Positions 25,559-37,220 of a stretch of DNA of 64,000 bases are shown one piece after another; the first letter of the stretch is position 1, and every line of letters starts with the position of its first letter. This DNA is from Chara braunii (Eukaryota > Plantae > Charophyceae), in assembly GCA_003427395.1 (NCBI GenBank), contig BFEA01000008.1, positions 1,655,681 to 1,719,680 of the forward strand, in the 5' to 3' direction. A program made the position numbers and the translations under genes. A model generated the notes under the pieces. It was not told where the DNA came from, ran no database searches, and saw nothing but the letters and a program-made list of their open reading frames with translations.

Positions 25559-26299
25559 CGGAGCAAGGTGGGGGGCAGGGGAAAGGAAGAGGGAGGGGGG
25601 GAGGGGAAATCGAAGGCGGAGAGTGAGGGCAGGGGAGAAAGGTGGGGAAAGGCGAAGGTTCTTGAAGAGGACTTGTTCGGCCAGGGGGGTGCGCTGCTAA
25701 CTTCTAAGTGGCTGGCCAAGGAGGAGCTAAGCGTATTTGGCCGGGGAGAAGGATGGGAGAAGGAGGGAAGCGAGAAAGGGGAAGGGGAGTAAACAAGCCA
25801 CATCGGGAGGAAAAGGAGGGTGCATGCAGGGGAGCAAGGTGAGGGTTCTTGGAGATGAAAATCGGAGGGTAGCGAGAGGGAGGAAGCGAGGGCGGAAGAA
25901 GAATTAGCAAGCACAATCAGAAAAAGAAGACCGAGGGTGAGCGCACGGGAGAAAGGTGGAGAGGGGCGAAGGTGGGGAAAGGCGAGGGACCGCGCAGGGG
26001 AGCAAGGNNNNNNNNNNNNNNNNNNNNNNNNNNNNNNNNNNNNNNNNNNNNNNNNNNNNNNNNNNNNNNNNNNNNNNNNNNNNNNNNNNGAGGGCAGGGG
26101 AGAAAGATGGGGAGAGGCGGAGGTTCTTGGAGATGATAATCCGGGGGTAGCGAGAGAGAGGAAGCGAGGGCGAAAGGGAAATTAGCAGGCACAACCAGTA
26201 AAAGAAGACCGAGGTTGAGCGCAGGGGAGAAAGGTGGAGAGGGGCGGAGGTGGGGAGAGGCGAGGGTCCTCGATGATAATTTTGAACTTACTCAAGCTC

Positions 26300-27740
26300 T
26301 CATAATTTTCTCTTGCAATTAGGACATTAATTAGGCTTCAGGAGCATCGTAATTTTTTGTTGTAACTGTACGATGCTCCCTACTCCCACGCACTGGGCTG
26401 CATGTTCTTGCACTCTATTGCCGCCGCGCCTTAATGTGTAATTGTAATGAACTCTTCTTGACAGCGCGCGTGTAACTGTAATCCTTCCCTTCTTTACCTT
26501 CTTACGCGCCCTCTATTCTCTTCGTCTCATTGGCCAAGACAATGCATGACTGGATCGATGCGTGGAGAGTGGCTACGATCCCCACACCACGGCCCAACCA
26601 TGCATTTGTAGGCATGCCCTTTTTCCCTCCACTTTAGCGCAATCCCGGCCCGGGTATCTCGTTCGGATACTAAGCACTATAAATTTTGCAAGAACGACTA
26701 ATTAGCTCTCTAATCAAACTTTGGAGTTAGCGCGATTGAGGAGATCGGCTAATGAGCAGGAGTAAGACGATGAGTAGGGAGTTGAGCGATCCGACGGGTT
26801 GGTGCTGAGTATGCAGGGTTGACATGGGGTTGCGAAGGATTGTGGCACATGGGCGAACCTGACTTGCAGACTTAGACTAAATGGGGTGACAACTTTGTGG
26901 TGTTGGAAGGTGTGAGGTGACGGATTGCCCACATCGGAGGGGCATAAAGTGACAAAGTGAGAGTGGTATGCTGGAGTGATGGTTTTTCTTCTGGTTCTTT
27001 CTGAAACCTCTGTATAATTTTTGTTTTCGGTACTGGTCATTTTGCTTGCGGCCCTTCTTTTCCCATTTTCCCTTTCGTATGTCGATGATGTATGAATTTG
27101 TCCCTTCCTTTCTCGCCTTTTTTTTTTTGTTTTAGGAAGATAAAAGTGCAAGGCCATCATTGCGTCAATTACGAAAAGGTTGAGATCAAAATTGTAAACG
27201 TTTTGTTAGATTATATGGCGGCATGAACTCAACGATGGTCCTCGTTTTCTCTTCATATCGAAGTGGGTTGTTTGATTAGATGTTTCGAATGCACGGAGTC
27301 GTAATTGAGAAAGGACGCATGCACAATCCAGACTTGTCAAAAATACGAGGCAGACGGTCGCCTAGCCTATCGGAGACAGATCTTGTGAGCACATACATAA
27401 GGACGACTGAGTAAGTCCCCGTGTATATACGCGTCCTCATTCTCTACCTCCGAATCTCTGATTAGACCACCTCGCAAGCCTGCTCATGCATTAACCCAAA
27501 TTTTCCCTCGAGAGATGGACATCAGCATTCCTTTCTGGATGACTGACCGCGAATGTCTAAGAGACCAAGAGTACCGGAAATACTGGGAAAACGAGCACCT
27601 CTCTCAACAGTTGAGGTTCGGAGTCTTATCAAATAGGATCAGCTCCCCCGGTACAGTGGCCTGGATTCATCTACAACACATAAAAGTTTCGACTCCTTTG
27701 GCAAAGGGGTCAGGGGAGAACTGCAACTTCGACAACTGAC
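26300..27740 (+). pseudogene. Truncated copy A of an unknown multicopy gene (promoter, leader, start of CDS)
   Basis: 26410-26940 is collinear with 49095-49545 plus 51995-52082. MDISIPFWMTDRECLRDQEYRKYWE matches MNIEIPFRITDHKCLRDREFLEYWE in 52692-53357. Confidence 0.7.
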
Positions 27741-28146
27741 CCCCTTGGTACAGGGGCCAGGGGACGACTGCAGTATGAATGGGGTTAATCTCTGGTTCTG
27801 GCTTTAGTCTGAGAGCAATCAGCAATCAAATGCAGGATATAATACATAGAAGTTGAGTTTAGTTTGATATCGAAGTAACATGAACTTTGTTTCTATAGGA
27901 CGTTGGGCCCGGTTCCCAGCATAGGTTGCTCCCCACTAATAACATTGGAGCTATCAACCCTAGGAGCCCTATTGCCAACATGGGATCTTATCCCTGCCTG
28001 CCCTACTGCCAAGTCGGGTCTTGCGTGATGCCGGCGCGAGCCCCGCTGTCCAGGTTTGGGACCTCGGGTGGCGGGCCCAGACCGAAAAGGACAAAAGGAG
28101 AAAATCGCGACCACAGGGCCTACGAACAGGCACTATATATTTTCAT

Positions 28147-28700
28147 GTTTTTTTTTTTTTTTTTTCAAAGACGAGACGATGCTCCAATTTATTCGTGGAG
28201 AGCAACACGACTGGGAACTGGCCCAACATCCCTTATCAGAATACAAAAAATGAGCTACCGGGGCCATTACCTGGCTTCAGCTAAGGACAATTGAAGAAAA
28301 GGAAAAACTCAGAAACATTCATGGGCCATAACTCTCTACCAAGTCACTAGAATATGTGTGTCAAAAAGCCTCCCAATCACGAATCAGATAGGTGGAACCT
28401 ATTCAATCCACCTACAACCACAACCAGCATGGCTGTTTTCAGCACGAACCGAAGCTTTTCCATGCCTCATGCTCCCATCAGGTTAGGTTACAGAGTTGCA
28501 CTGCCTTGCTCCAGCACAGGCCAGCATTGCTTCTGTTAGGACCCCCGATGTCGGCGGTGACCATTGAGACTGCCCCCGCAAACAACCCCCAAGCTAGGTC
28601 ACAGAGTTGCACCACCTGGCTCCATCTCCAGCCAGCGTTGCTCCATCATCGGTCTTCGGGGGCCACCAAATTTGACCACCCTTTGCAGGATCACAGATGA
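28147..28700 (-). mobile_element. Retroposed 3'-end element related to 8390-9860
   Basis: T-run tail, divergent module at 28181-28232, taccggggccattacctggcttc hairpin at ~28256 and ggt(t/c)acagagttgcac units. Confidence 0.65.
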
Positions 28701-29106
28701 ATTGCCAGATAGCACCTATTCCTGCAACCTCTTCGAGAGGCAAACCAAATGGAAAAGTGGTAATCTACATGAGAAGGCCTGCATGCAATTGCTGCTGATT
28801 GTTCTATTATCTAAGTAGCAAGAATGAGAGCAAGGTGAAACTAGCTTGTTGTGTCATGTTAGATCGCGCGGCTGATAAATTGTTGAAGAGGTAGTCATCT
28901 TGCTCACGATAGCTTGGGTTGCGTTTCTTGGATCTCGAGTCTCTTTTGGGTAAGGCTCCCAGACATGTTACACATCCGGGTAGACTGTGAGGGCCCCGGC
29001 CTCGTTCTTATCTTTCAGAATATCAGCCTTGGCGGCCCTTGGGCACTGGGCCCGTTTAAAATAAAAATAAAAATAAATAAATAAATAAATAAATAAAAAT
29101 AAAAAA

Positions 29107-29174
29107 TCAGCCGATTTTGTTCATCCTATCGATGGAAGTACCATAAAACCAGCCGCAAGGTCGGAGACTAGCCT

Positions 29175-29264
<90 letters not shown>

Positions 29265-29271
29265 ACACACA

Positions 29272-29310
<39 letters not shown>

Positions 29311-29582
29311 GCGCGCGCACACACACACACACACAAACAAACAAAAACAAGTGCATATTTCCATGTTCTAGTGGTAGATCCATTCGATTTTGGTTTGCGG
29401 TCGTCGAGACCGCCTGGTCGGCTTGCCTATGCGCACCCGCTTCCTGCTGCCTCGTGCTGCTTTCCATCTTCTAGCAGAAGATTCATTCGATTTTTCTCAT
29501 TCTATCGATGGAAGTCACGTGGGACCAGCTGCGGGGTTGGAGACTTACCTGTTGGTCGGTGTGTTGCTCATCCTGTCGATGG

Positions 29583-29633
<51 letters not shown>

Positions 29634-29991
29634 ACAAAAAAAAAAAAAAACAGGTATATATTTTCATGTTATGGCAGTAGATTCAGTTGATTTTGCTCAT
29701 CCTATCGATGNNNNNNNNNNNNNNNNNNNNNNNNNNNNNNNNNNNNNNNNNNNNNNNNNNNNNNNNNNNNNNNNNNNNNNNNNNNNNNNNNNNNNNNNNN
29801 NNNNNNNNNNNNNNNNNNNNNNNNNNNNNNNNNNNNNNNNNNNNNNNNNNNNNNNNNNNNNNNNNNNNNNNNNNNNNNNNNNNNNNNNNNNNNNNNNNNN
29901 NNNNNNNNNNNNNNNNNNNNNNNNNNNNNNNNNNNNNNNNNNNNNNNNNNNNNNNNNNNNNNNNNNNNNNNNNNNNNNNNNNNNNNNNNNN

Positions 29992-30045
<54 letters not shown>

Positions 30046-30127
30046 CACACACACACAAACGAACAAAAACAAGTATATATTTCCATGTTCTAGCGGTAGA
30101 TTCACTCCGTTTTGCTCATCCTATCGA
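29107..30127. repeat. Complex repeat: tttgctcatcctatcgatggaa units interleaved with (TC)n, (TA)n, (CA)n
   Basis: Motif at ~29116, 29492, 29563, 29691 and 30110. Confidence 0.75.
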
Positions 30128-30129
30128 AA

Positions 30130-31121
30130 TAAATTGCCAGAAAAAGGAACCATGTCTCTTTCCCAGTGTGGCCAGACCGCCTTGTGTGCCTTGTTGTGGT
30201 CGGGGGAGTCTGTCAAGTGTGTTTCTTGGACGCAAACCACATCTGGCCAACTCCGTCTTTCCACCCCCCTTAGAAGGTCTCATATGGCTTGGGACTGGTC
30301 CAGGCAGAGTGTGGCAAAACCATTGACATTAATGGATCTGAGATCTAGGTCCGCACTGCGGAGGGTAGTGCGCCAGACCTTGTTTTGGCCATATAACGCT
30401 TCAACCCGTTCCATTATACTGGTGACAACATTTTCCCCCCTTCACAGACCTATAGGTGGTGCCACGAATAATGATCCCATGCCAACCCTTCATTAATAAC
30501 ATTTTCCCGGATCACGGAACACAAGGCAGTAATGAGCTCCGTGTCCGGCTATATGTGACTCGGCTTAATCTTGAGATGTTGCCGTTCTAATAATGCATTG
30601 CGTGATAACCAGGTCAGTTTTGCCTCCTTTTTTTCATCAAAGAGGATATATAGATCATTATTTGTGATTCTGCAGGATCCCGATGCAACCCTTATTATGG
30701 CTTTAGCCCCCGCCTGATAGTGCGTTGTGATAAATTCCTTCGCATCCCTGAGCCTGAAACTATACTGACCCTCTGCATCCTGTTGCAACCTCCAGTCGTG
30801 TAACGTGAGCCCCCCCCTGCAGAGGGAATAGTCATTCTCTTCTGCTAGGGAGAGGCTGATTTCCCACGGGCCAAGTTTTTTTCTTATAGGGATTGCCAAG
30901 ATCTTATCAACTAAGGGGAGAGGCCCTTGCCATTTTTCAATCAGGTGCCGCAGTCGCGAGCGACGGGGTAAGTCCAGGCCCACCCCGTTCGGCGTCCGGG
31001 TTGTTTGGAGGAGGGTCAGGGGGGGCGGACGGGGGGGCCCGACCAGCGGTACAATTGGGGGATCTCGAGGGGGGGGGGAGGGGGGGGGGGGGGGGGGGGG
31101 GGGGGCGATGTTACTCTGCAA
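30130..31121 (-). mobile_element. LINE fragment: ORF1 C-terminus and ORF2 endonuclease N-terminus
   Basis: ORF1 homolog at 30549-31121. ADLDLRSINVNGF..VVCVQETHL at ~30210-30420. Confidence 0.85.
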
Positions 31122-31620
31122 GGGGTGCTAAAACACGAGTTTGACTTGGAGGTTCTCTGGTTAAAAAATGGACTCTTCTTCCTAGCCAGAAAATGCAAAG
31201 AATTATTTTGCATGCTCACCGACCGGGGCCATCAACATGAGATAGACTTAGACAAACAACACATAGTACCCTGGAATATATTCAGATACCCACAACGCTG
31301 TTCTCCAAAGCCTTCAGAACCAACTCTTACAATTTGCATAGTATCTATGTACAAGACTTCAAAAATTCGGAAAGCTCTCTGAATTGACAACTCGAGGAAC
31401 AATGGATATATCATATTACCCACTTTTTTAGCCTAGCTATTGTACGCTCATGACGAACCAGCATACATGCCTTACAAAACTCTGCGGCTGACACCGGCGA
31501 AGTGACTACCACTACGCTAACCACACATTGTGTCAGGATTGCACGGTCCTTCTTTCAGAGATTGTTGCCATCCCATATCCCCAATCCTGATGATCATGAT
31601 AGACACCATGACATTGAGAA

Positions 31621-34600
31621 TTTTTTTAATTTTTTTTTAAACAAAAAACAGCTCCATCTATTGGTGGGGAGCAACACCTGCTGGAAACCGGGTCCAGCGT
31701 CCCTTGAATACATAAATACATGAATTATATGAAAGAACATTATGCTTGAACTATAGAGTTGGTTGAGATGTGCCTCGTCACCCCATTAGGGCGCCAGATC
31801 TAACTGCTTCATTCTAGCACTCTTCCCATTAGATTCTTATCTATCAACCTAATTAACATAAAAGACGAATACCATGAATACCATCTTTTACTCCTTTTTT
31901 TACTTTATTCATACCCAAACCAAGCCCTTGGGACCAGACTTAGTGCCGAGGGGGGAAAAGGGTATGAGAAATCCGATAGTGGACGTAAAGGGATAGTTGG
32001 ATCGATCATAATCCAGTCATTAAAAACAAGCTTATAATCTCGTCTCAGCTCTTCCTTTTCTCCTCTCCTTGACCCTTCCCATTTAACCTTCCCCATTTCC
32101 CCCCCCTGGGTTCCTCCTAGCCAACATTGGTTGAATCGTTGAATGTGCTGCAGGATTTCCTTTGGTGAGGATATAAATTTTATTTTTTTCTTAGACTATT
32201 CCCATTTTATATTGATATCAGTTTGTATTTGTTGCTTAACTGTGTCAGTGAGTTCTGGTCCATCTAGTCTAACTTCTTTCATTCCATTCGTACATCTTTT
32301 CAACCATATTACCCATAATACCGCTCTCCTACTCATATTGTATCAATTTTGTGAGAATTCATCAATAAATCCAGGGGACCAGGTTTCAAGAAAAAAGACT
32401 CTCCAATCCTATGACCATTCGACTTTTGTTTCCAAATTAGACCAGATACGGTCTCACCATCTCTATAGCCAAATTGCCTCAGGACACTGTAAGAATACAT
32501 GCTCGATTGTCGTAGGAATTAACTTAGAAGGAAACGCAGACTTACAAAATATATACCATGGAAGCGCTTTCCGTCTTTGTTCCAATGTCGACCTATCTAT
32601 AAGCCAGTCATTTGTGGGTAGACATCTATGCTCTATTTGCCATTGTAGTGAAACCACTTTTGCAGGTTTAATTTTCGTCTTACTAAATCATTTTACCTTT
32701 CTTAGTGATTCTTTATTAACATTAAGATGCTTCATCCATCTTTCTTCAACCTTGTCCTTTAAAAAAATCTTAGGGCGAAGCATCCTATAAGTGGACTTCA
32801 GTGTTAACGTGTGAAGAGTACAAGAATACCTTCTTCCTTTCCTTCCTGTATTAGACCACTTCCAATTTGCAGGATCAAGGGTCAGATGACTTATAGGTGT
32901 ATTAGGTTTAAAGACTATCCATTTAACTTTGTACTTAAATACTCTGATTCTAAATATTTGCTCCTTTGTCACCTTCTTTATACTATTCTGGTCCTTGATT
33001 ATAATTGTTTGATTACTATCCATTTCATAGGTAGTAAGAAGGATCTCCCCGTCCTCCATAACTACTACAATACTACCTATGATATTTGACTGATCATTTA
33101 TAGCAACCCAATCACCTTCTAATAACTGAGGGTCCTTTTTTAGAATCCTTAACCAATCCAAAGGCATACAGTCAATCAAATTTTATAAAGCTTTCTCATA
33201 ATGATGGCAATACCTGAGGTGAGCCTGTAACTGTGAAGGACTAATCCACTCTCTCTCTTCACTGTTCCAGATGTCTTTTATTCTAACAATACCATTTTTA
33301 ACCCACCCTCTTCCTGGAGAATCTGCACAATGAAGCACACATTCTTGAGGATCTTTAAGAAGACTATTATCAAAAAGTGGCTTTTGACATACCTCTTCCC
33401 ATCTATCAGGAGGGTTTTGGTCTGTTAATGGTAATCTCCTCCATGTTTTAATGAGGTTAGTCCAAAACGAATCATTATGTAAATCCATTCTTGCCGCCTT
33501 CCTATTTGATACCGTTTGATCCATTGGTTCATTCACTATCCCTCTTGGAGTGGTCCAAAACCTGTTTTCAAGCCACATCATTGGATCTATGTTGTCAGGT
33601 GTCTTTGGCGCCAAACGTCTGATTTGTTCACATGCCAATCCACTCCAAGGGGTTTGGGGATTAAATAGTAGGCGTTTAATCCATTGAATCAATAGGGTCA
33701 TAGCTTGTAAAGAATGATCAATGATGCCTAAACCTCCTCTTACCTTGGGTTGTATCACTGTTTGCCACGCTACCCGACTAATCACCTTATCAAGCTCATG
33801 GTTGCCCCTCCATGAAAAAGAAGATAGCTAACGTTGCAGGGTCTTTAGCTCTTTTTTTTTTAACGTCTATATTGCTGATTTATACCAGATCAAGGCCAGA
33901 ACCACATTATTGATTACCAGAGTACGACCAAAGAGAGAAGTATGCTTACCCTTCCACGGTTCCAGCTTAGCATATGCCTGTTTGAATATACATTCGTCAT
34001 TAGTTGCTGGTCTTCCTGTTGCTGAAACAGAAATACCTAATACCCTAATAGGAGTATCTAATGAAAGTCATTTTACTTTGGGCAGTTCAGGGGTCTTACT
34101 CCTTGATGATGAATCCACCAGCCTATCGTTTTATTACCCCAATTTACCCTCATGTCAGATAGTCTACAAAACTTATCCATCATACTACTTTTATAGCTTC
34201 CATATTCATTTTAGATGCTTCTACCATCAGGGATAAATCATCAGCAAAGAGAGAGCAAACAGGAATAGCTTCCTCTGGAATAGATGACACTTGAATTCTT
34301 TTAATATCTTTATGTTGTTTGAGGTTAGCTGTTAAATCCTTCATGATTATGACAAAAAGAAATGGGGCAATTGGATCCTCTTGTCTCACTGATCTCTGTA
34401 AGGAGATAGAGGGAGCTATATTGCCATTTACCATTACCCTGGTTGTAGCATTTCTATGCAATATTTTCACCCACCTTCTAAAATTTGGACCAAAATTGAA
34501 ATCTTCTAAAGATTTATCTAGAAATAACAAATCCATATGATCATAAGCTTTCTCAAAGTCTATAAATATGAAGGCCGCATTATGTTTGGATTGTCGTGAT

Positions 34601-36461
34601 ATCTTAATCAACTCATTGACTAATAGTATATTATCTTGGATATTCCTTCCTGTAATAAACCCTATGTGTACTAGATGAATAATTTGAGCAATGACTTTGG
34701 ATAGTCTATTGGCTAGAGCTTTCGCCATCAGTTTGTAGACCACGGTTAGGAGAGTGATAGGATGATAGTTACGACCCTTTGACCTACAAATTCTCCCATT
34801 TGTCCTGAGGTCCAAACTATCTGATAAAAATCCATGAGGTTTTGTGAAAGGAAATCCCATAAGGATTCTCAAAATTCCTTGGGAAGACCATCAATGCCTA
34901 GGGTCTTTTCTTTTTCCATAAACATTAGTGCTGTCCATATTTCCTCCTTTGAAACAAACATTTCAAACATCTCTCTATGTTCTTCATTTAGTGCTTTGCC
35001 CATAGGCTTAAGAAAATCTTATATTTTCTGAATTCTTTGAATCTATGGGATACTTTTAGTTTCTGACTTAAAGAGATTCTGGAAGAAATCCCTAACTATT
35101 TTCATACATGATGCTGAGGACGTGGCCAATGGAACGTTCTTATGAAAGGGGTCTTCTAGGGCTTCAATAATCGTGCGACCAGAGTTTATTTTTGCCAAAG
35201 AAACGAATCTTGCATTCATCTCCCCTTCCATTTGGTGTTTTCTTAGCTTACCTCTAATCCTTATTCATTGTCACCTGTATTCCATTTGAGTCAATAATTG
35301 ATCCTCCAGTTCTTTGATTTCTTGAGCAAGAGGTTCTAAACCCCCCATCTCTTCAGATTCATTCTCCTGTTGTTAGAGCTGTTGAATTGTTTGATGCAAA
35401 CGTGTTTCTTTATAGTGTCTTTGAGAGGCAAGGAGTTTAGAATATTCATTGCATTTACGACCTAGAAATGCTAGGTCATTGTTGAACCATTTTACATCAT
35501 GCTGTATGAGGTCCCGCTGGTTACGCCAAAAGGTCCACACATCCTTTAGAAAGAAAATACCGTTTTCAATCTTTAAATGAGATGTATTCAGTTTATAAAA
35601 TTATTTACCTTGGTCTGTTTTTTTTATGAAGGATAGAATTGCAATACACATAGCATGGTCTAGACCTGGTAACGGACTTTTCGGGAAGATCTCAGCAAAC
35701 TGTATAACCCCTTGTAATTCTTCAGATATTAGAATAAGGTCAATACGGGACTTAGACCCTCAACTAGATTGACCCTTTCTAAAACAGAAAAACGACCTCT
35801 AAGTAGGGCTGAGTCGTCTATAAGCATCAAAGACATTGAGGGAGTGACATAGATTATTTATAATTATCTCATCTGACTCAATATACCCAGGGCATGGGGA
35901 TAAAATGTGTTATCTATCCAGATGTCGATTTGGTGCTACATTAAAATCTTCAGCTATAATAACCGGGATCCTCTATGGCAGACGAGGATAAGACTCGGAA
36001 TTTTTTTGTCTTTCACCAACTTCATTAGGCCCATATACACATAGGATACATACCACCTCCAATTCAAACATCACAAGTACGAAGGTCCATCTTCCTTCTT
36101 CTTTGTCGACTTCCGCATAAATGGGATCCCCCCTGGAATTTGGGGAAATCCAAATAGCTACCCCCGCACTACCCGGTCTTGGTGCATGGGCTCTAAAGGC
36201 TTGGTATGACCATATTACCTTATGAGTATGATTATGCACATTCGTATTCATCAGGTGAGTTTCCTGGATACATATTACAGCAGACCAGTCTCTTCCCCCT
36301 ATACCTTTTAACTGGTCGTAGATTGCCTGTTTTTTTGTATGATGAGCTGATGCTAGTCCATTAACATTCAGCGTCCTCAGATCCAAGTCTGCTTTCCTTC
36401 TTAGTGACCTCCAATCCTTATCCTTATTATATAATGCATCAATTACTTTAATTCCTTTCAT
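31621..36461 (-). mobile_element. Decayed AT-rich L1/Tx1-type LINE with complete ORF2 span and no ORF1
   Basis: TLNVNGL, ICIQETH, IDFEKAYD, LFADD, CIF/YIFCK..TIEHVFLQC. Module at 31651-31703 followed by a poly(A) tail. Confidence 0.92.
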
Positions 36462-36569
36462 TATTTTATATTACTACTTATAACCATTCATTAAGGTAGA
36501 AACATATACTAAAAATATACCAGTAAATTAGAGATCTCATGATTCTCTCAAATGTTGCCACACCCCCTG

Positions 36570-37220
36570 ATCTAATGCGCCACCAGCTTCCAATGTACTA
36601 TGTCTTCATACACCCCCTGGACAAAAGTCTCACCCCGGAACAAAGAGAGAAGTTGGATGAACTGGTGACTTCCGATAAAATTCGGACGACCCTTCTTTAG
36701 ATGGACGAAGAGAAGACCCCAACCATGGACTGTTTCTCCAAGGAATTTAGGGCGCCCAAGTGGCCCACCATGCGCCCCGACCTCATGTGATTCTATAGGG
36801 TAGTATGTAACACAGGAACAATGGGGGATGTGGTGGGCCAAGAGGTGCTGTCCTTATTTCACAAAAAAAAAAGATGTCATAGAGAGAAATATTTGGAACT
36901 ATAGGCCTATTATGCTCCTAACACGATGTAAAAAATGTTGGCTTCGACACTAAGTCTTGCCAACTGAACTATTGGGGACATGGAAGACATTATTCACCGC
37001 GCTCACGATAACAGGAATAATTAGGACAACATCCTCCTTGCCAATGAGATGCTTCACCTGTCTTGTCGACATAAACTCCACAACACTCTCATCTTCGTTG
37101 ACTTCGAGAAGGCTTACCGCCTCTTACAACCATGTGGACTAGATATTTCTGGACAAATTCCTACAAAACGAATGAATTTTGGTCCCCTGTTTCAGCGTTG
37201 GGTGCGAATTCTGTTTCAGC
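36570..37220 (+). pseudogene. Highly degenerate LINE RT fragment in opposite orientation
   Basis: NYRPIMLL, DNILLANE, IFVDFEKAY and NFGPLFQRWVRIL remnants. Confidence 0.75.

Larger units (their letters stand above)
18376..26270 (-). mobile_element. Near full-length decayed L1/Tx1-type LINE (5' repeats, ORF1, ORF2, structured 3' UTR)
   Basis: Ordered ORF1, APE, RT and zinc-finger fragments. Pyrimidine-rich (sense) tandem repeats at ~25440-26270. 3' module at 18432-18484. Confidence 0.9.

Noticed and set aside
28136-29670. tatatattttcatgtt as a TSD around 28147-29654
   Set aside because: The motif also belongs to the local repeat unit (29355, 30074), so a TSD cannot be distinguished
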